A stretch of 64,000 nt of DNA from an uncultured Chloroflexia bacterium. GTDB lineage: Bacteria > Chloroflexota > Anaerolineae > CG2-30-64-16. The notes beneath the pieces are model-generated. The model did not search any database. It worked only from the letters and a program-made list of their open reading frames with translations, and had not been told where the DNA came from. Of this stretch, positions 30,496 to 41,837 are shown in pieces (within the stretch, counting starts at the first letter, position 1; each line of letters starts with the position of its first letter). The translations under genes and the position numbers were made by a program. Location of the stretch: NCBI GenBank assembly GCA_963810095.1, contig CAWEMM010000009.1, positions 64,001 through 128,000 on the forward strand. Reading direction: 5' to 3'.

Positions 30496-31650
30496 CTAAT
30501 TGCCGTAGGCGCCAAATTCGCGCACGGCCTCCCACATTGCGACCAGGTTCTCAGCCGGGACGTTGCCCTGAATGTTGTGGACCGTGTTGAATACGAAGCC
30601 GCCACCCGGCTTGAAATCCTCCACCCGACGCTTCACCTCAACCCGGACTTCGTCGGGCGTGCCCGTGCCCAGCACGCGCTGCGTGTCGACGCCGCCGCCC
30701 CAGAATACGATGTCCTTGCCAAACTCGCGCTTCAACTCTGCCGAATCCATCCCTGCCGCGCTGACCTGGACGGGATTGATGATGTCCACGCCCACCTCGA
30801 TCAGGTCCGGGATCAATTGGCGGATCGCGCCGCAGGAATGCATGAACACCTTGGCGTTCGAGTGGCTATGGATGAAGTCGCAGAGTTGCTTATGGATCGG
30901 CTTCAGCAGGCGCCGGTAACTGCGCGGGGAGATGAGCAAGCCCTTTTGCCCCGCAATGTCGTCGGCAATCTGGGCCACGTCGATCACGTCGCCGACTTCG
31001 CCGAGCCCCTTCTCGAGATACTGTAACTGCATTTCCAGGACTCGATCCATCAGCTTGACGGCGAGCGGCGAGCTTGTACCCCAGTCGGCATAGGCGTCCT
31101 CGTACCCGCGCAGCCAGGTCAACAGCTCAAATACGCCTGCCGACATGTTGCCGAAGACGACCGCCCGCTGCTCCACGTCTCGGATGTGGAGCGCCAGGTC
31201 GCGCAGGCCGGCGAACCGTGACGGATCGAGCGGATCGGGCAGGGCGTAGCCGGCGAGCCGCTCCTCATCGATAGCCCCCTTGAGCGGGTGGTCGAACATG
31301 TCATAGTACCACCCACCGTCTTTTGGCGAGCGCCACCCGATGTTGAACTCGTCATAGAACGCGGTGTACTCGCCCAGGTCCCGCACCTCGATCTTGAACG
31401 CGGCCGACGACCGTGGCGAGATGTTCTTGACGTCGACGCCCAGGCAGTCCATGACGTCGTCTTCGACGAGCGCCAGTTGCTGGATCATGTCGATGATCTT
31501 CGGTTCACGGGCGGGGAGGCCCAGCGCAGCCCGCAAGTTAGCGTACGCCTTGTAGTGAATGCCGGTGACCACCGTCCCGCCCATGTCGAACGGCACCCGA
31601 TCCCCTTCCCGGTGATTGATTGCGGCCAGCACCCGCTCACGTGAATTCAT
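30496..31650 (-). CDS. URO-D/MtaA-fold protein
   Basis: MNSRERV..DRVPFDMG, DDIAGQ, MHSCG, INPVQ, FWGGGVDTQ, FNTVHNIQ. Confidence 0.9.
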   Translation of the reverse strand: MNSRERVLAAINHREGDRVPFDMGGTVVTGIHYKAYANLRAALGLPAREPKIIDMIQQLALVEDDVMDCLGVDVKNISPRSSAAFKIEVRDLGEYTAFYDEFNIGWRSPKDGGWYYDMFDHPLKGAIDEERLAGYALPDPLDPSRFAGLRDLALHIRDVEQRAVVFGNMSAGVFELLTWLRGYEDAYADWGTSSPLAVKLMDRVLEMQLQYLEKGLGEVGDVIDVAQIADDIAGQKGLLISPRSYRRLLKPIHKQLCDFIHSHSNAKVFMHSCGAIRQLIPDLIEVGVDIINPVQVSAAGMDSAELKREFGKDIVFWGGGVDTQRVLGTGTPDEVRVEVKRRVEDFKPGGGFVFNTVHNIQGNVPAENLVAMWEAVREFGAYGN

Positions 31651-31670
31651 ATTCGCCTCGACTAGAAGGA

Positions 31671-31723
31671 ATCCCCTCATCACCCACCCTCGCACAGACG
31701 ACGGGGATGGGTGATGAGGGGAT
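31671..31723. terminator. Long intercistronic hairpin downstream of the binding-protein gene
   Basis: ATCCCCTCATCACCCA/TGGGTGATGAGGGGAT 16-bp stem. Confidence 0.6.
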
Positions 31724-31734
31724 GAAACCGAGCC

Positions 31735-33780
31735 TTACTTGTGGTAGAAGAACTTCGCGTTGTCCTTGTTGATCACGATCGTGCCCGTGTCAACGGACTC
31801 CGGCATCGACGTGAGGCCGGCAGCCTTGTTGTCGGCAACAACCGGCACAGGTGCATGGTTCAGGTAGTACATGAACTTCGTGCCGAGGTAGCTCATCAGC
31901 GCGGTCTTCTGCGCCACCGAGCCCTGGATCACGCCGTCCTCGATGAACTTCAGCGTGCCATCGTCGCGGTCCATCGAGATGATCTTCAGCTTGCCGACGA
32001 GGTCGAGTTCCTTGGCGGCAGTCGCAGCGCCCACGCCACCCGCAGCTTCCACGCAGCCAACACCGGCGAGGTCAGGCACGCGCTGGAGCACGGCCTTCAG
32101 GCCGTCGGCGGCCTTCGTCGAATCGGACTGGTCGTCAATGATCTGCACCAGCTCGATGTCGGGGTAGTTCGCCGCAAATTCGTCCTTGTAGCCCTGGATG
32201 CGCTCTTCGAGGTTGCTCTGGCCCACCTTCGTGATCAGTGCAACCTTGCCCTTGCCGCCGATTTGCTCGGCCAGCAGCTTCGCACCCACATGGCCCGCAT
32301 TCTTGTTGCCCGTGCCCAGGAAGGTCAGGCGGTTGGAGCCGTAAACCTCGGCGTCCAGCGTGACGATCGGAATACCGGCCTCCGCAGCCTTGTCGATCGA
32401 AGGCTTAAGGGCCGGGTCGAAACCGACGACCAGGATGCCCGCGGGCTTCTCGGCGATGGTTTGCTCGAGCGTGTTGATCATCGCGGTCATATCGTACTCG
32501 GCAGGACCGACGAACTTCGTCTTGACGCCCAGCTCCTTGCCCGCGAACTCCAGGCCCAGGCGATGGTCGATGAAGTACGGCAGGTTGGTCAGCGCGAGGA
32601 CTTCGACGTAGGTCTCATCCGGCGAGGCCGTCGTCATGGGGACCTGGCTGAAGTCGTACGGGTTCTCGGTGTGATAGAACATCTTGGCGTTGTCTTTGTT
32701 GATCACCACAACGCCGGTGTCCACCGCCTCAGGCATCGGCAGCACGTTGGCGGCCTTGTTGTCAGAGACGATCGGGACAGGGTTGTTCTGGAGCCCGTCC
32801 ATCAGGAGCGTGCCGTAGAAGGTCATCAGCGCGCTCTTCTGCGCGACGGATGCGTCGATGACGCCGTCCTCGATGAACTTCAGCGTGCCGTCGTCGCGGT
32901 CCATGGACACGATCTTCAGCTTGCCGTTCAGGCCAAGTTCCTTCGCGGCCGTGGCAGCGCCTACGCCGCCCGCGGCTTCCACGCAGCCCACACCCGCCAG
33001 GTCCGGCTCGCGCTGGAGCACGGCCTTCAGGGCATCCGCGGCCTTGGTGGAATCGCTCTGGTCGTCGATGACCTGGACCAGCTCCACGTCCGGGTAATTC
33101 TGGGCCAGCTCATCCTTGTAGCCCTGGATGCGCTCTTCGAGGTTGCTCTGCCCCACCTTGGTGATGACCGCAACCTTGCCCTTGCCACCGATCAGGTCGG
33201 CTAGCAGCTTGCCGCCCACCCGGCCCGCGTTGTAGTTGCCGGTGCCCAGGAACGTCATGCGCTTGGACCCGTACACCTCCGCATCCAGCGTGACGACCGG
33301 GAAGCCGGCGTCGACCAGCTTGTCGATCGAGGGCTTGAGCGCGGGGTCGAAGCCAATGACGTTGATGCCGGCGGGATTTTCGGCCGCGGCCTGCTCCATC
33401 GTGTTGATCATGGCCGTCATGTCGTACTCGACGGGGCCGACAAACTTGGTCTTGGCGTTCAGGGTCTTGCCTGCGAACTCCAGGCCGACGCGGTGGTCGA
33501 TGAAGTACGGCAGGTTGGTGAGGGCCAGCGCCTCGACGTAGGTCTTCTCGCCCGCAGCCGGAGCGGCCTCGGGGGCGGCCGCAGCCGGTTCCTTGGTGGG
33601 CTCGGCAGCAGCCGGAACCGCAGTGGCCTCAGCCACCGGCGCCTTGGTCGGCTCAGCAGCCGCTGCGGGCGCCTTGGTAGGTTCGGGGGCCGCCGGGGCG
33701 GGGGTGGCCTGTCCGGCGCACCCTACGAGCGTGACCAGGATGGTCACGAGGCACAGAAGTGCCAACAGTCGCCGTTGCAT
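31735..33780 (-). CDS. Sugar ABC substrate-binding lipoprotein with two tandem RbsB-like domains
   Basis: Lipobox LVGC, Ala/Pro/Glu linker, two near-identical domains offset by 930 nt (TYVE.LALTNLPYFIDHR..). Confidence 0.9.
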   Translation of the reverse strand: MQRRLLALLCLVTILVTLVGCAGQATPAPAAPEPTKAPAAAAEPTKAPVAEATAVPAAAEPTKEPAAAAPEAAPAAGEKTYVEALALTNLPYFIDHRVGLEFAGKTLNAKTKFVGPVEYDMTAMINTMEQAAAENPAGINVIGFDPALKPSIDKLVDAGFPVVTLDAEVYGSKRMTFLGTGNYNAGRVGGKLLADLIGGKGKVAVITKVGQSNLEERIQGYKDELAQNYPDVELVQVIDDQSDSTKAADALKAVLQREPDLAGVGCVEAAGGVGAATAAKELGLNGKLKIVSMDRDDGTLKFIEDGVIDASVAQKSALMTFYGTLLMDGLQNNPVPIVSDNKAANVLPMPEAVDTGVVVINKDNAKMFYHTENPYDFSQVPMTTASPDETYVEVLALTNLPYFIDHRLGLEFAGKELGVKTKFVGPAEYDMTAMINTLEQTIAEKPAGILVVGFDPALKPSIDKAAEAGIPIVTLDAEVYGSNRLTFLGTGNKNAGHVGAKLLAEQIGGKGKVALITKVGQSNLEERIQGYKDEFAANYPDIELVQIIDDQSDSTKAADGLKAVLQRVPDLAGVGCVEAAGGVGAATAAKELDLVGKLKIISMDRDDGTLKFIEDGVIQGSVAQKTALMSYLGTKFMYYLNHAPVPVVADNKAAGLTSMPESVDTGTIVINKDNAKFFYHK

Positions 33781-33851
33781 GTGAGACTCCTCCTAGTGTG
33801 TGGTTGGTTGGCTGGATAAGGGCGGGCTGCCCCGTCCCTTCAGGAAAAGCG

Positions 33852-34850
33852 CTACTTGCTGCTGCCGCGGCGCCGGTTCAGGGCGTCGACGGCAACGGTC
33901 AGGATCAGGACGCCGCCGGTAACGATCGTCTGCCAGTACGGATTAATGCCCAGCAGGTTCAGACCGTTGAGGATGAGCGCCATCAGGATGACGCCGAGCA
34001 GCGAGCCGATGACCGAACCTTCCCCGCCCGACAGGCTGGCGCCGCCGATGACACAGGCGGCAATGACCTGCAATTCGACCGCGTTGCCGGCCGAGACCGA
34101 CGCGGTGCCCATGCGGGCCGTCAGGAGCAGGCCGGTCAGGGCCGCCAGCAGGCCCATCAGGATGTAGTTGAGGATCTTGACGCGGTCGACGTTGATGCCC
34201 GAGAGCCGCGCACTTCGCTCGTTGCCGCCGATGAAGTAACTTTGGCGGAAGAAGCGCCAGCGGCGCAGCAGAATCTCGCCGACGATCACGATCACGATCA
34301 TGATGTAGATGGGGTACTGCAGCGTGAACAGCTTCCCCTGTGCGATCTTGTTGAACGCGTCCGGCAGGTTCGGGATACCGAGGCCGCCGGTCAGCAGGAA
34401 GACGACGCCGCGCGCCACCTGCTGAATGCCGAGCGTCGCGATCAGCGGGTTGACACCCACCTTGGCGATGATCAAGCCATTGACGAGGCCCACGGTCGCG
34501 CCCGCCCCCAGCCCGAGGAGGATTGCCATCGGAGGGGACGCGCCCCACTTCATCATCGCCGTGCCTGCGACCGCGCCGGCCAGGGCCAGCGTCGCGCCGA
34601 TGGACAGGTCGAAGCCACCCGAGATCAGCAGGACAGTCATGCCGACCGCCGCAATCGCGTTGAACGACATGCCCAGGAAGAGGGCGGTCATGTTCGCTTG
34701 GTTGAGGAAGTTGGGCGACGCAATCTTCAGGCCTGCCATTACCACCAGCACGACCAGAAAAATGCTCAGCTCACGTTGCTCGAGCAGGCGCCGCCATATG
34801 CTGGTCCGAGGCGCGGTCGTCGCGCCTTCCTTCCTTGCTGTCATGCTCAT
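33852..34850 (-). CDS. Sugar ABC permease (RbsC-like)
   Basis: GGFDLSIG, IGGNERSARLSGI, ELQVIAACVIGGASLSGGEG; ATGA overlap with the ATPase stop. Confidence 0.92.
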   Translation of the reverse strand: MSMTARKEGATTAPRTSIWRRLLEQRELSIFLVVLVVMAGLKIASPNFLNQANMTALFLGMSFNAIAAVGMTVLLISGGFDLSIGATLALAGAVAGTAMMKWGASPPMAILLGLGAGATVGLVNGLIIAKVGVNPLIATLGIQQVARGVVFLLTGGLGIPNLPDAFNKIAQGKLFTLQYPIYIMIVIVIVGEILLRRWRFFRQSYFIGGNERSARLSGINVDRVKILNYILMGLLAALTGLLLTARMGTASVSAGNAVELQVIAACVIGGASLSGGEGSVIGSLLGVILMALILNGLNLLGINPYWQTIVTGGVLILTVAVDALNRRRGSSK

Positions 34851-36418
34851 GCTGTCTTCTCCTCCAAGGGCGCGACCGGTTCTGCCTGGTTGACTTGCTT
34901 GGGACCGGTGACGCCGGCGGCCAGGGCCATGACCTGTTCTTCTGTCGCACCGGGACCGGGGATAATGCCTACCAGCCTGCCTTCGCGCATCACTGCGATG
35001 CGATCGCTCACGCGTAGTGCTTCGGGAAGGTCCGATGAGATCACCATGACGGCCTTGCCCTGTGCAGCCAGCTCGCGCAACAGGCGGTGGATCTCTTGCT
35101 TCGTGCCTACGTCGATGCCGCGCGTCGGTTCGTCGACGATCAAAATCCTCGGGTTGCGGGCGAGCCATTCGCCAAGAAATACCTTCTGCTGGTTGCCGCC
35201 CGATAGGTTTCGCAGCTTCTGCTTTACACTGGGTGTGCGCACGTCGAGCTGCGCGACATACTGGCTCGTGAGCTTCGTCAGCATCGGCCACCGAAGCCAG
35301 CCGCCGGGCGAGACCTGTTCCAGGTTGGGCGCGAGGAAGTTTTCCGTGATGCTCTTGTCGAGGAACAGCCCTTCGTTCTTGCGGTCTTCAGACAGGTATG
35401 CCATGCCCGCCTTCATCGCGGCGCTGGGCCGGCGGACGTGCATATCGACCATCTCACCCTTACCGGCCAGCTTGACACTGCCCGTTGCGCCGCTATCCAG
35501 GCCGACGAGGGCCCGCGCGACTTCGGTTCGTCCGGCGCCGACCAGGCCAAAGAAGGTCAAGACCTCGCCTTGATGCAGCGTGAAGCTGATATCTTCAAAG
35601 GCGCCGGGCCGCGAGAAGTTTTCGACCCGCATCGCCTCGGCCCCCGCTTCGACCACGGCCGCCCGATCCGCGTCCAGGTCCAGCTCGCGCCCCACCATCA
35701 TGCTCACGATCTGGTGCTCCGTCAGTTTCGCCGTCGGCTGAACGCCGACGAGCTTGCCGTCGCGCAGCACTGCCGTGCGGTCCGATATGGCGAGGACTTC
35801 TTCGAGGTGGTGGGAAACATATACGATGGCAAGGCCCTGCTCGCGAAGCTGCTTCAGTCGTTCAAAGAGGCGGGCGGCTTCCTGCAAGGTCAGCGAAGAA
35901 GTGGGCTCGTCCAGCACCAGTACCTTTGCGTTGCGGGCCAGCGCCTTCACGATTTCGACCATCTGCTGGTTGCCCATCGAGAGCTTGCCCACCTGCATGT
36001 TCGGGCGGAAGTCTACGCCGAACAGATCGAGCAGCTGCTGGGTCTGGGCGTACATTGAGCGTTGGTCGATGAGCCCCAACGGCCCGAGCGGCTGGCTGTT
36101 AGCGTATACGTTCTCTGCAACGGTGAGGTTCGGCACAAGGCTGAGTTCCTGGAAGACCACGCTGATGCCGGCTTGCTCGGCTTCCTGCGTGCTGCCGAAA
36201 CTGACCGGCTGGTCGCCCAAGTAGAGCTGCCCTTCATCCGATTGGTAAGCGCCTGCGAGGATGTGAATGAGTGTGGATTTGCCCGCGCCGTTTTCGCCGA
36301 CCAGGGCCAGGATCTCGCCGGCCCGGGCATCCAGCGTGACGTTGGACAGCGCCTGGACGCCGGGGAAGGCCTTGGAGATACCTTCGACGCGTAGGAGAGA
36401 TGAAGTTGATGAATCCAT
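34847..36418 (-). CDS. Sugar ABC ATP-binding protein (RbsA-like)
   Basis: GENGAGKST, LDEPT, LSGGNQQKV, DEPTRGIDVG. Confidence 0.93.
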   Translation of the reverse strand: MDSSTSSLLRVEGISKAFPGVQALSNVTLDARAGEILALVGENGAGKSTLIHILAGAYQSDEGQLYLGDQPVSFGSTQEAEQAGISVVFQELSLVPNLTVAENVYANSQPLGPLGLIDQRSMYAQTQQLLDLFGVDFRPNMQVGKLSMGNQQMVEIVKALARNAKVLVLDEPTSSLTLQEAARLFERLKQLREQGLAIVYVSHHLEEVLAISDRTAVLRDGKLVGVQPTAKLTEHQIVSMMVGRELDLDADRAAVVEAGAEAMRVENFSRPGAFEDISFTLHQGEVLTFFGLVGAGRTEVARALVGLDSGATGSVKLAGKGEMVDMHVRRPSAAMKAGMAYLSEDRKNEGLFLDKSITENFLAPNLEQVSPGGWLRWPMLTKLTSQYVAQLDVRTPSVKQKLRNLSGGNQQKVFLGEWLARNPRILIVDEPTRGIDVGTKQEIHRLLRELAAQGKAVMVISSDLPEALRVSDRIAVMREGRLVGIIPGPGATEEQVMALAAGVTGPKQVNQAEPVAPLEEKTA

Positions 36419-36467
36419 GCCTTCCGCCTTTATAACCGTCATCGGCGCGGAATCGGCCAATCCGGCG

Positions 36468-36860
36468 TTATTCGCCTGCCGGGTCGAACCCCGCGTCTCT
36501 GAGGGCAGCGACAAAGTCGTCGTAGTGCAGATCGGGTTTTTGCAGGTAAGCCGCGCAATCAGGCGCGAGGGCCGCGGCATCCGACCGGGTCAGCCACGAG
36601 CATGAGATCACGGGTACGCCCGCCGCGCCGTTCTGCGCCTTGAGCACTTGCGCAGCCTGCCAGCCGCGGTGCTCGCCGGGCAACTCGACGTCCAGGATGA
36701 TCAGATCGGGATGGCATTCGGCGGCCAGGGCCTCCAGTTCTTCGCCCACCTGTGCCCGCACGGCGGAGAGGCCGCACCCTTCGCAAAACCGCGTGAGGAG
36801 CCGGGCCAGAAAGGTGTCAGACTCGCCGATGAGGCAGATGGGCGGCGTGGACGGTGCCAT
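36468..36860 (-). CDS. Stand-alone response regulator receiver protein (atypical)
   Basis: PDLIILDVELPG and LQKP retained; acidic pocket reads GESD. Confidence 0.75.
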   Translation of the reverse strand: MAPSTPPICLIGESDTFLARLLTRFCEGCGLSAVRAQVGEELEALAAECHPDLIILDVELPGEHRGWQAAQVLKAQNGAAGVPVISCSWLTRSDAAALAPDCAAYLQKPDLHYDDFVAALRDAGFDPAGE

Positions 36861-36881
36861 ACTCCCATTTCACCACGCCGG

Positions 36882-39800
36882 TCACCCGCTGTCTCGCACC
36901 ATTGGAACCGCTCTCTCGGAGAATTGGAACCTGCGCTTCCGGTACTCGCTCGGTGAGAGCCCGGTCTCCTTCTGAAAGACCCGGCCGAAGTAGCTGCTGT
37001 CTGAGAAGCCGCAGGCCAGTGCGATTTCGGTCACGCTGAGCTGACCGCGCTCGAGGAGGGCTGCAGCCTGCTGGACGCGGTAGCGGTTGAGGTAGGCGAC
37101 CGGCGAGAGCCCGGTCTCCTGGCCGAAGCAGCGGGTGAGGTAGCGCTCGCTGACCGCCAGGCGGCCGGCCAGTTCCTCCCGCGAGATCGACTCGGCGTAG
37201 TGCTCGTGGATGTAGGCCATGGCCATGCGCGCGATCCGCTGCGCCTCACTGCCCAGGCGCTTGCCCCGCGGCCCAGCGCATCTGCAATCTGGCCGAGCAC
37301 CTCGTCCTGGGTGAACACGCCCTTGTTGAGCACGGCCGCGACGCCCTTCTGCAGCCTTTCCATCTCCTGCCGGCCGAGCACCTGCGCGGTGAGGACGATG
37401 ACCGGCACGTCGCGGAGTCCGGGCATGCCCCGCATGGCCTCGAGCACGCCGAATCCGTCGAGTTCGGGCATCATCAGGTCGAGGAGCACGAGGTCGGGCA
37501 CGGCCTGCTCCATCGCGGCCAGCGCGGCCCGGCCGTCGGCCGCAGTGGTCACGTGCGCAGCCGGCAGCGCGGCCGTGGCCATGCGCGCATGCAGGTGGCG
37601 CACAGCCGGATCGTCGTCGACGACGAGGATTTCGTGGCGGGCGCCGTCCGCGCGCGTCATGCCCTGCCGCGCCAGCGCCGCGGCCAGCAGTTCGCCGCCC
37701 AAAGGCTTGGCGACATAATCGAGGTTCAGCACGGCCCCGCAGTCGCCCTCACACAGCGAATAGAATAGCACCGGGATGTCGCTGGTGGCCGGGTTCAGCT
37801 TGAGCACATGGACGAGGTCCCAGGCGTTCTCGGCCGCCGCCCCGTAGTCCAGTACAATCGCACCCGGCGGGCTCGCCGCGACCCCGGCCAGCCAATCTCC
37901 GCCCGGCTCGGCCGGCAGCGCCACCACTTTGAAGCCCTTGGCGGCGAGGAACGCGTGCAACTGCTGCGAGCCGCCCGTGTCCTCGGCCAGGAGCAGGACG
38001 GCATCGCTCCGGTCGGGCAGTTGGGCCGGCGACGCGGCTTCCTGGGCCAGCACCGGGAGCGTGAAATAGAAGGTCGAGCCCGCGCCATCCGTCCCGGTCG
38101 ACAGCACGCCGATGCGGCCGCCATGCAGCTCGACCAGCCGCTTGCTGATCGCCAGCCCCAGCCCCATGCCGCCGAAGCCGCGGCGAGACACCCGGTCCGA
38201 CTGGCGGAATTCGTCGAAAATCAGCTCCTGCTCGCCCGCGGCGATGCCCATGCCCGTGTCGCTGACCGCGACCATGACTTCCTGGCGGCCGGTCTCCACC
38301 CAAAGCGAGACGCAGCCCTTGCTCGTGAACTTCACGGCGTTGCCGAGGAGGTTCAGCACGACCTGCTGCAGCCGCGTCCGGTCGCCCCACACCAGGGGCA
38401 GCCGCTCGCCGAAGTCAACCCGCCACGCCAGCCCGCGCTCGCGTGCCATCTGCTCGCCCAGCACGGCCACGGACCCGAGCACCTGCCCCAGTCGCACCGG
38501 CTCGCAGACCAGGCGGAGTTCGCCGGCCTGGCTGCGGGCGAGGTCGAGCACGTCGCTGATCAGGTGAGACAGGTGGCGGGCGCTCATGTGGATCGATTCG
38601 AGGTCGTGCTGGAAGGACTCGGGCAGCCCGGTTAGCGGCTCGCGCTGTACCATCTCGATCGTTCCTGCAATCAGGCTCAGCGGCGTGCGCAGCTCGTGGC
38701 TGACGGTGGACAGGAACTTGCTTTTGAGCAAGTTGGCTTCCTCGGCCCGCCGCCATGCTTCCCGCACCTCCTCACGCAGGAAAAGCCCTTCCAACGCCGC
38801 GCTGACTTGCTCGCGGAGCGTTTCGCCCAGGGCCAGCGCGCGGGCATCGGCCTGCAGGAGCATGTAGCCCAGCTGCTTTTCGCCGAAGCAGAGCGGCAGG
38901 ACGACCAGGTCGGGGGGCCGGCGGCCCGCGAGGCGCGGCGGCAGCAGATCCCGGCTGGCGAAGAGCGGCTCGGACGCAAGGTCGATCCGGCCGGCCGCAT
39001 CGAATGCCAGCACCAGTTGGCCCGCGCCGGTGGGCTGCTCCGCATCGTGGTAGAGCACCAGGTAGCATGCATCGACGCCGAAGGGCGGCAGTTCTGCGGC
39101 GATGAGGTCGTAGAGCGCTTGCCGGTTGGCTGCGCCCTGGATGTGTTGGCTGAAATCGCCCAGGCGATGTGTGTCTTCGTCAGCGTGGAAACGCTGGTAA
39201 CTCCGCGCCTGCGCCGCGGTCTCGCCGATCAGGACGCGCGCCTGCTGCCACAGGTCTTCGGCTACGGAGCGCGCGGGCTCGACCAGGCGGGGCAGCATCT
39301 GGCGCCGCATCAACGAAAGCGCTTCGTGCCATTGCCGCACGTCCCGGCTCCCATACTGGCCCAGGGCGGCGGCCTGAAGCGTGCCGTTGAGCCCCGCCAG
39401 GAACCGCTCGGCATCCCGGCCTGCCAGGACGGCCCGGAACTCGTCGACCAGGGCGGCCATCGCCGCTTCGGGAAGACCGGTCACGCCTGCCATGGCCGCG
39501 GGGAGGTTGAGTGTGCGGGCCGCCGCGGGCGCGGTGCCTCGGGCGGCGGCTGAGGTCACCGCGGGCGACAGGCAGCCGCACGAGCGGCGAATGACCAGGT
39601 CGAGCGGGAGCGTCGCGACCTCGGCCGGGGGCCGGCCCGAAAACAGGTCGAGCAGCGCGGCGACCGCGGCCCGCCCCATCTCGACGACGGGCTGGCTGAC
39701 CGTCGTCAGGGCAGGCAGGATCGCTCGGCCCTCTTCGTCGTCGTTGAAGCCGGTCACCGCGACGTCGTCGGGGATGCGGACCCCGCGTGCGCGCAGCGCC

Positions 39801-40477
39801 TCGATCGCGCCACAAGCCATGTCGTCACCCACCGAGAGCAGCGCGTCGAAGTCGATGCCCGCAACCAGCCCGCGCTCGTCGAGCAGTTCGGCAATCTTTT
39901 GGGGCCCGTCCAGCCGCACCCAGTTGGTGCGGGACGAGACGAGGGCCGGCTCGAACGGGATCGCGTTATCGGCGAGGACGTCGCAGTACGCGCGGAAGCG
40001 GAGCTCTTCTTCTTCGGCGCCCTCCGGCCCCCGCAGAAATGCGATCTTGCGCCGGCCGTGTTCGCGGAGGAGATGCTCGGCTGCCAGGCGCATCCCCTGG
40101 TAGTTGTCGACAAGGATGCCGGGGATACCCGAGAAGGCACGGCCGACGGTCACCACGGGCACGGAGGTGAAACGGCGGCAGAATGCCTCCATTTGCCCAG
40201 GCCGCAACTCCCAGTCGAGCGCGCTGGCCCAAATGATCAGGCCGTCCACGTTGCGCGGCCCGGCCAGGTCGTACAGCACGTTCGCCGGGCTCTCCCGCGA
40301 ACTCGTGGGCGCGAGCACGCCCCCGTCGAAACAGACAAAGTCTGCCCCGGCCGCCAGCACCGCAGCCCGCACGCTTAAGAGCGACGCGCGATGAAAGCCC
40401 CGGCCGAGTTGGGACTCGAACAGGCCGATGACGGGGCGTGATTTCGACGGTTGAGAGGCGGACACGAGGATACGCAA
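36882..40477 (-). CDS. Hybrid sensor: LacI-type ligand-binding domain, histidine kinase, two REC domains and AraC HTH (frameshift near 37270)
   Basis: VDNYQG, IPDDVAVTGFND, LTTVSQP; SHELRTPL, NAVKFT, DTGMG, GMGLGL; VDDD..DLMMP; CGFSDSSYFGRVF. Confidence 0.88.
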
Positions 40478-40639
40478 CTCCGCATGGATCCGATGGTGCA
40501 GCCCGATGATACCTTATGTCACTAAAAGAAGGAAGCTGCGAGACCGGTGGCACCCCGGAGACCCGCCAGGTTGCCCCACTTCACCAGGGGCGCAACCTGA
40601 CAGGTCTGTCCGCAAGATGCGAGCGCGCTTGCAGCGGTC

Positions 40640-41818
40640 TCACCCAGGCAGCCGGCTCCGCAGGTAGTCGTACGCCGCCCGACGCCCCGACCGCAGATCA
40701 CGATTGATCGCGTCGTACTTCCCGCCCTTCAGGAGCCCGACGACGGGCGAAAACTGCGAACAGATGACGATGCCGCGGCGGTCGAGCGAAGCGAGCATCT
40801 CGTCGAAGTACGCGGCGTACTCGACCGGCGTGAAGTCGCACACGAACAGCACGACTTTGTCCTGCAGCTTCTGCTGCAGCTCGCAGACTGAGGGGATGTT
40901 GTACAGGTTGTAGATGTTCAGCGCCTTGAGCCCCTTGGTCGCGAGGAAGTTGTCGGCGTGGCGGGTGGCGTTGCCACAGTAGTGGATGCAGCCGCCGCCA
41001 AACGCTTCCAGGATGCGCGAGTTGTACGGTACGACGAACTCGCGATACGTCCGGGTAGACATGAGCACCGCGTCATCGTCGGAGAACCAGACGCCCGCGT
41101 GCTTTCCGGTGTAGACCTGCTGGTCGCCGATGCATTCCGTCAGCGGCTCGCCGGTGACCTCCTTCTGCTTCTTCACCCACATGATGAGCGTCTCGGTGAC
41201 TTTATCCATCAGCTCGTGCATGACGTTCGGGTGGTCGTACATCAGGTAGATGAGCTTGTCATAACCCATCAGCTGATTGGCGGTGGTCAGCGGGCCCTGG
41301 AAATCTGTGATTCCGACCGGGAGGAAGCTGTTGGCCTTCATGTACCCCAGAGTCTTCAGCACGTCGGGCATGAGGCCTGCGGTTTCCGGGTCGGGCATCT
41401 CGAGCCGGTGCACGTCCTCGACGGTCTGGACGGGGTAGTAACGGGGATTGGCGGCCGGGTCCATCTTGGGCTGGAACTCGATCTGGCAGCCCAGCGCCGA
41501 GGCGGCCACGACCGTGCCGAACCAGGGCATCAGGTAGGGCACGAAGTCGTCGTCGATTTCCTTGACCTGGTCGTAATACGTGCGCTCCTGGTAGGCCGTC
41601 ATGACCGCGGGGTCGGTCACGTAGTCGTCGGGCAGGGTCTCCGGATCGAGGCCGAAGATCCAGTACAACGCGCTGTTTACCATGAAGGGGGGCGCCTTGA
41701 CGTCGCGGAACGCGAAGACGTCGTCGGTTTTCGCGGCGACCTTGGCCAGCCGGCTATCGAACCGGCGGCGAAAGTCGGCACGCTCGGCTTGGGACAAGGG
41801 TTCAGTCGTCCACGCCAT
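40640..41818 (-). CDS. Divergent URO-D/MtaA-fold protein
   Basis: GGAGG RBS; TDFQGPLTTA, SDDDAVLMS, IHYCG. Confidence 0.75.
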   Translation of the reverse strand: MAWTTEPLSQAERADFRRRFDSRLAKVAAKTDDVFAFRDVKAPPFMVNSALYWIFGLDPETLPDDYVTDPAVMTAYQERTYYDQVKEIDDDFVPYLMPWFGTVVAASALGCQIEFQPKMDPAANPRYYPVQTVEDVHRLEMPDPETAGLMPDVLKTLGYMKANSFLPVGITDFQGPLTTANQLMGYDKLIYLMYDHPNVMHELMDKVTETLIMWVKKQKEVTGEPLTECIGDQQVYTGKHAGVWFSDDDAVLMSTRTYREFVVPYNSRILEAFGGGCIHYCGNATRHADNFLATKGLKALNIYNLYNIPSVCELQQKLQDKVVLFVCDFTPVEYAAYFDEMLASLDRRGIVICSQFSPVVGLLKGGKYDAINRDLRSGRRAAYDYLRSRLPG

Positions 41819-41837
41819 GAGGGACCTCCGGTTTGGG

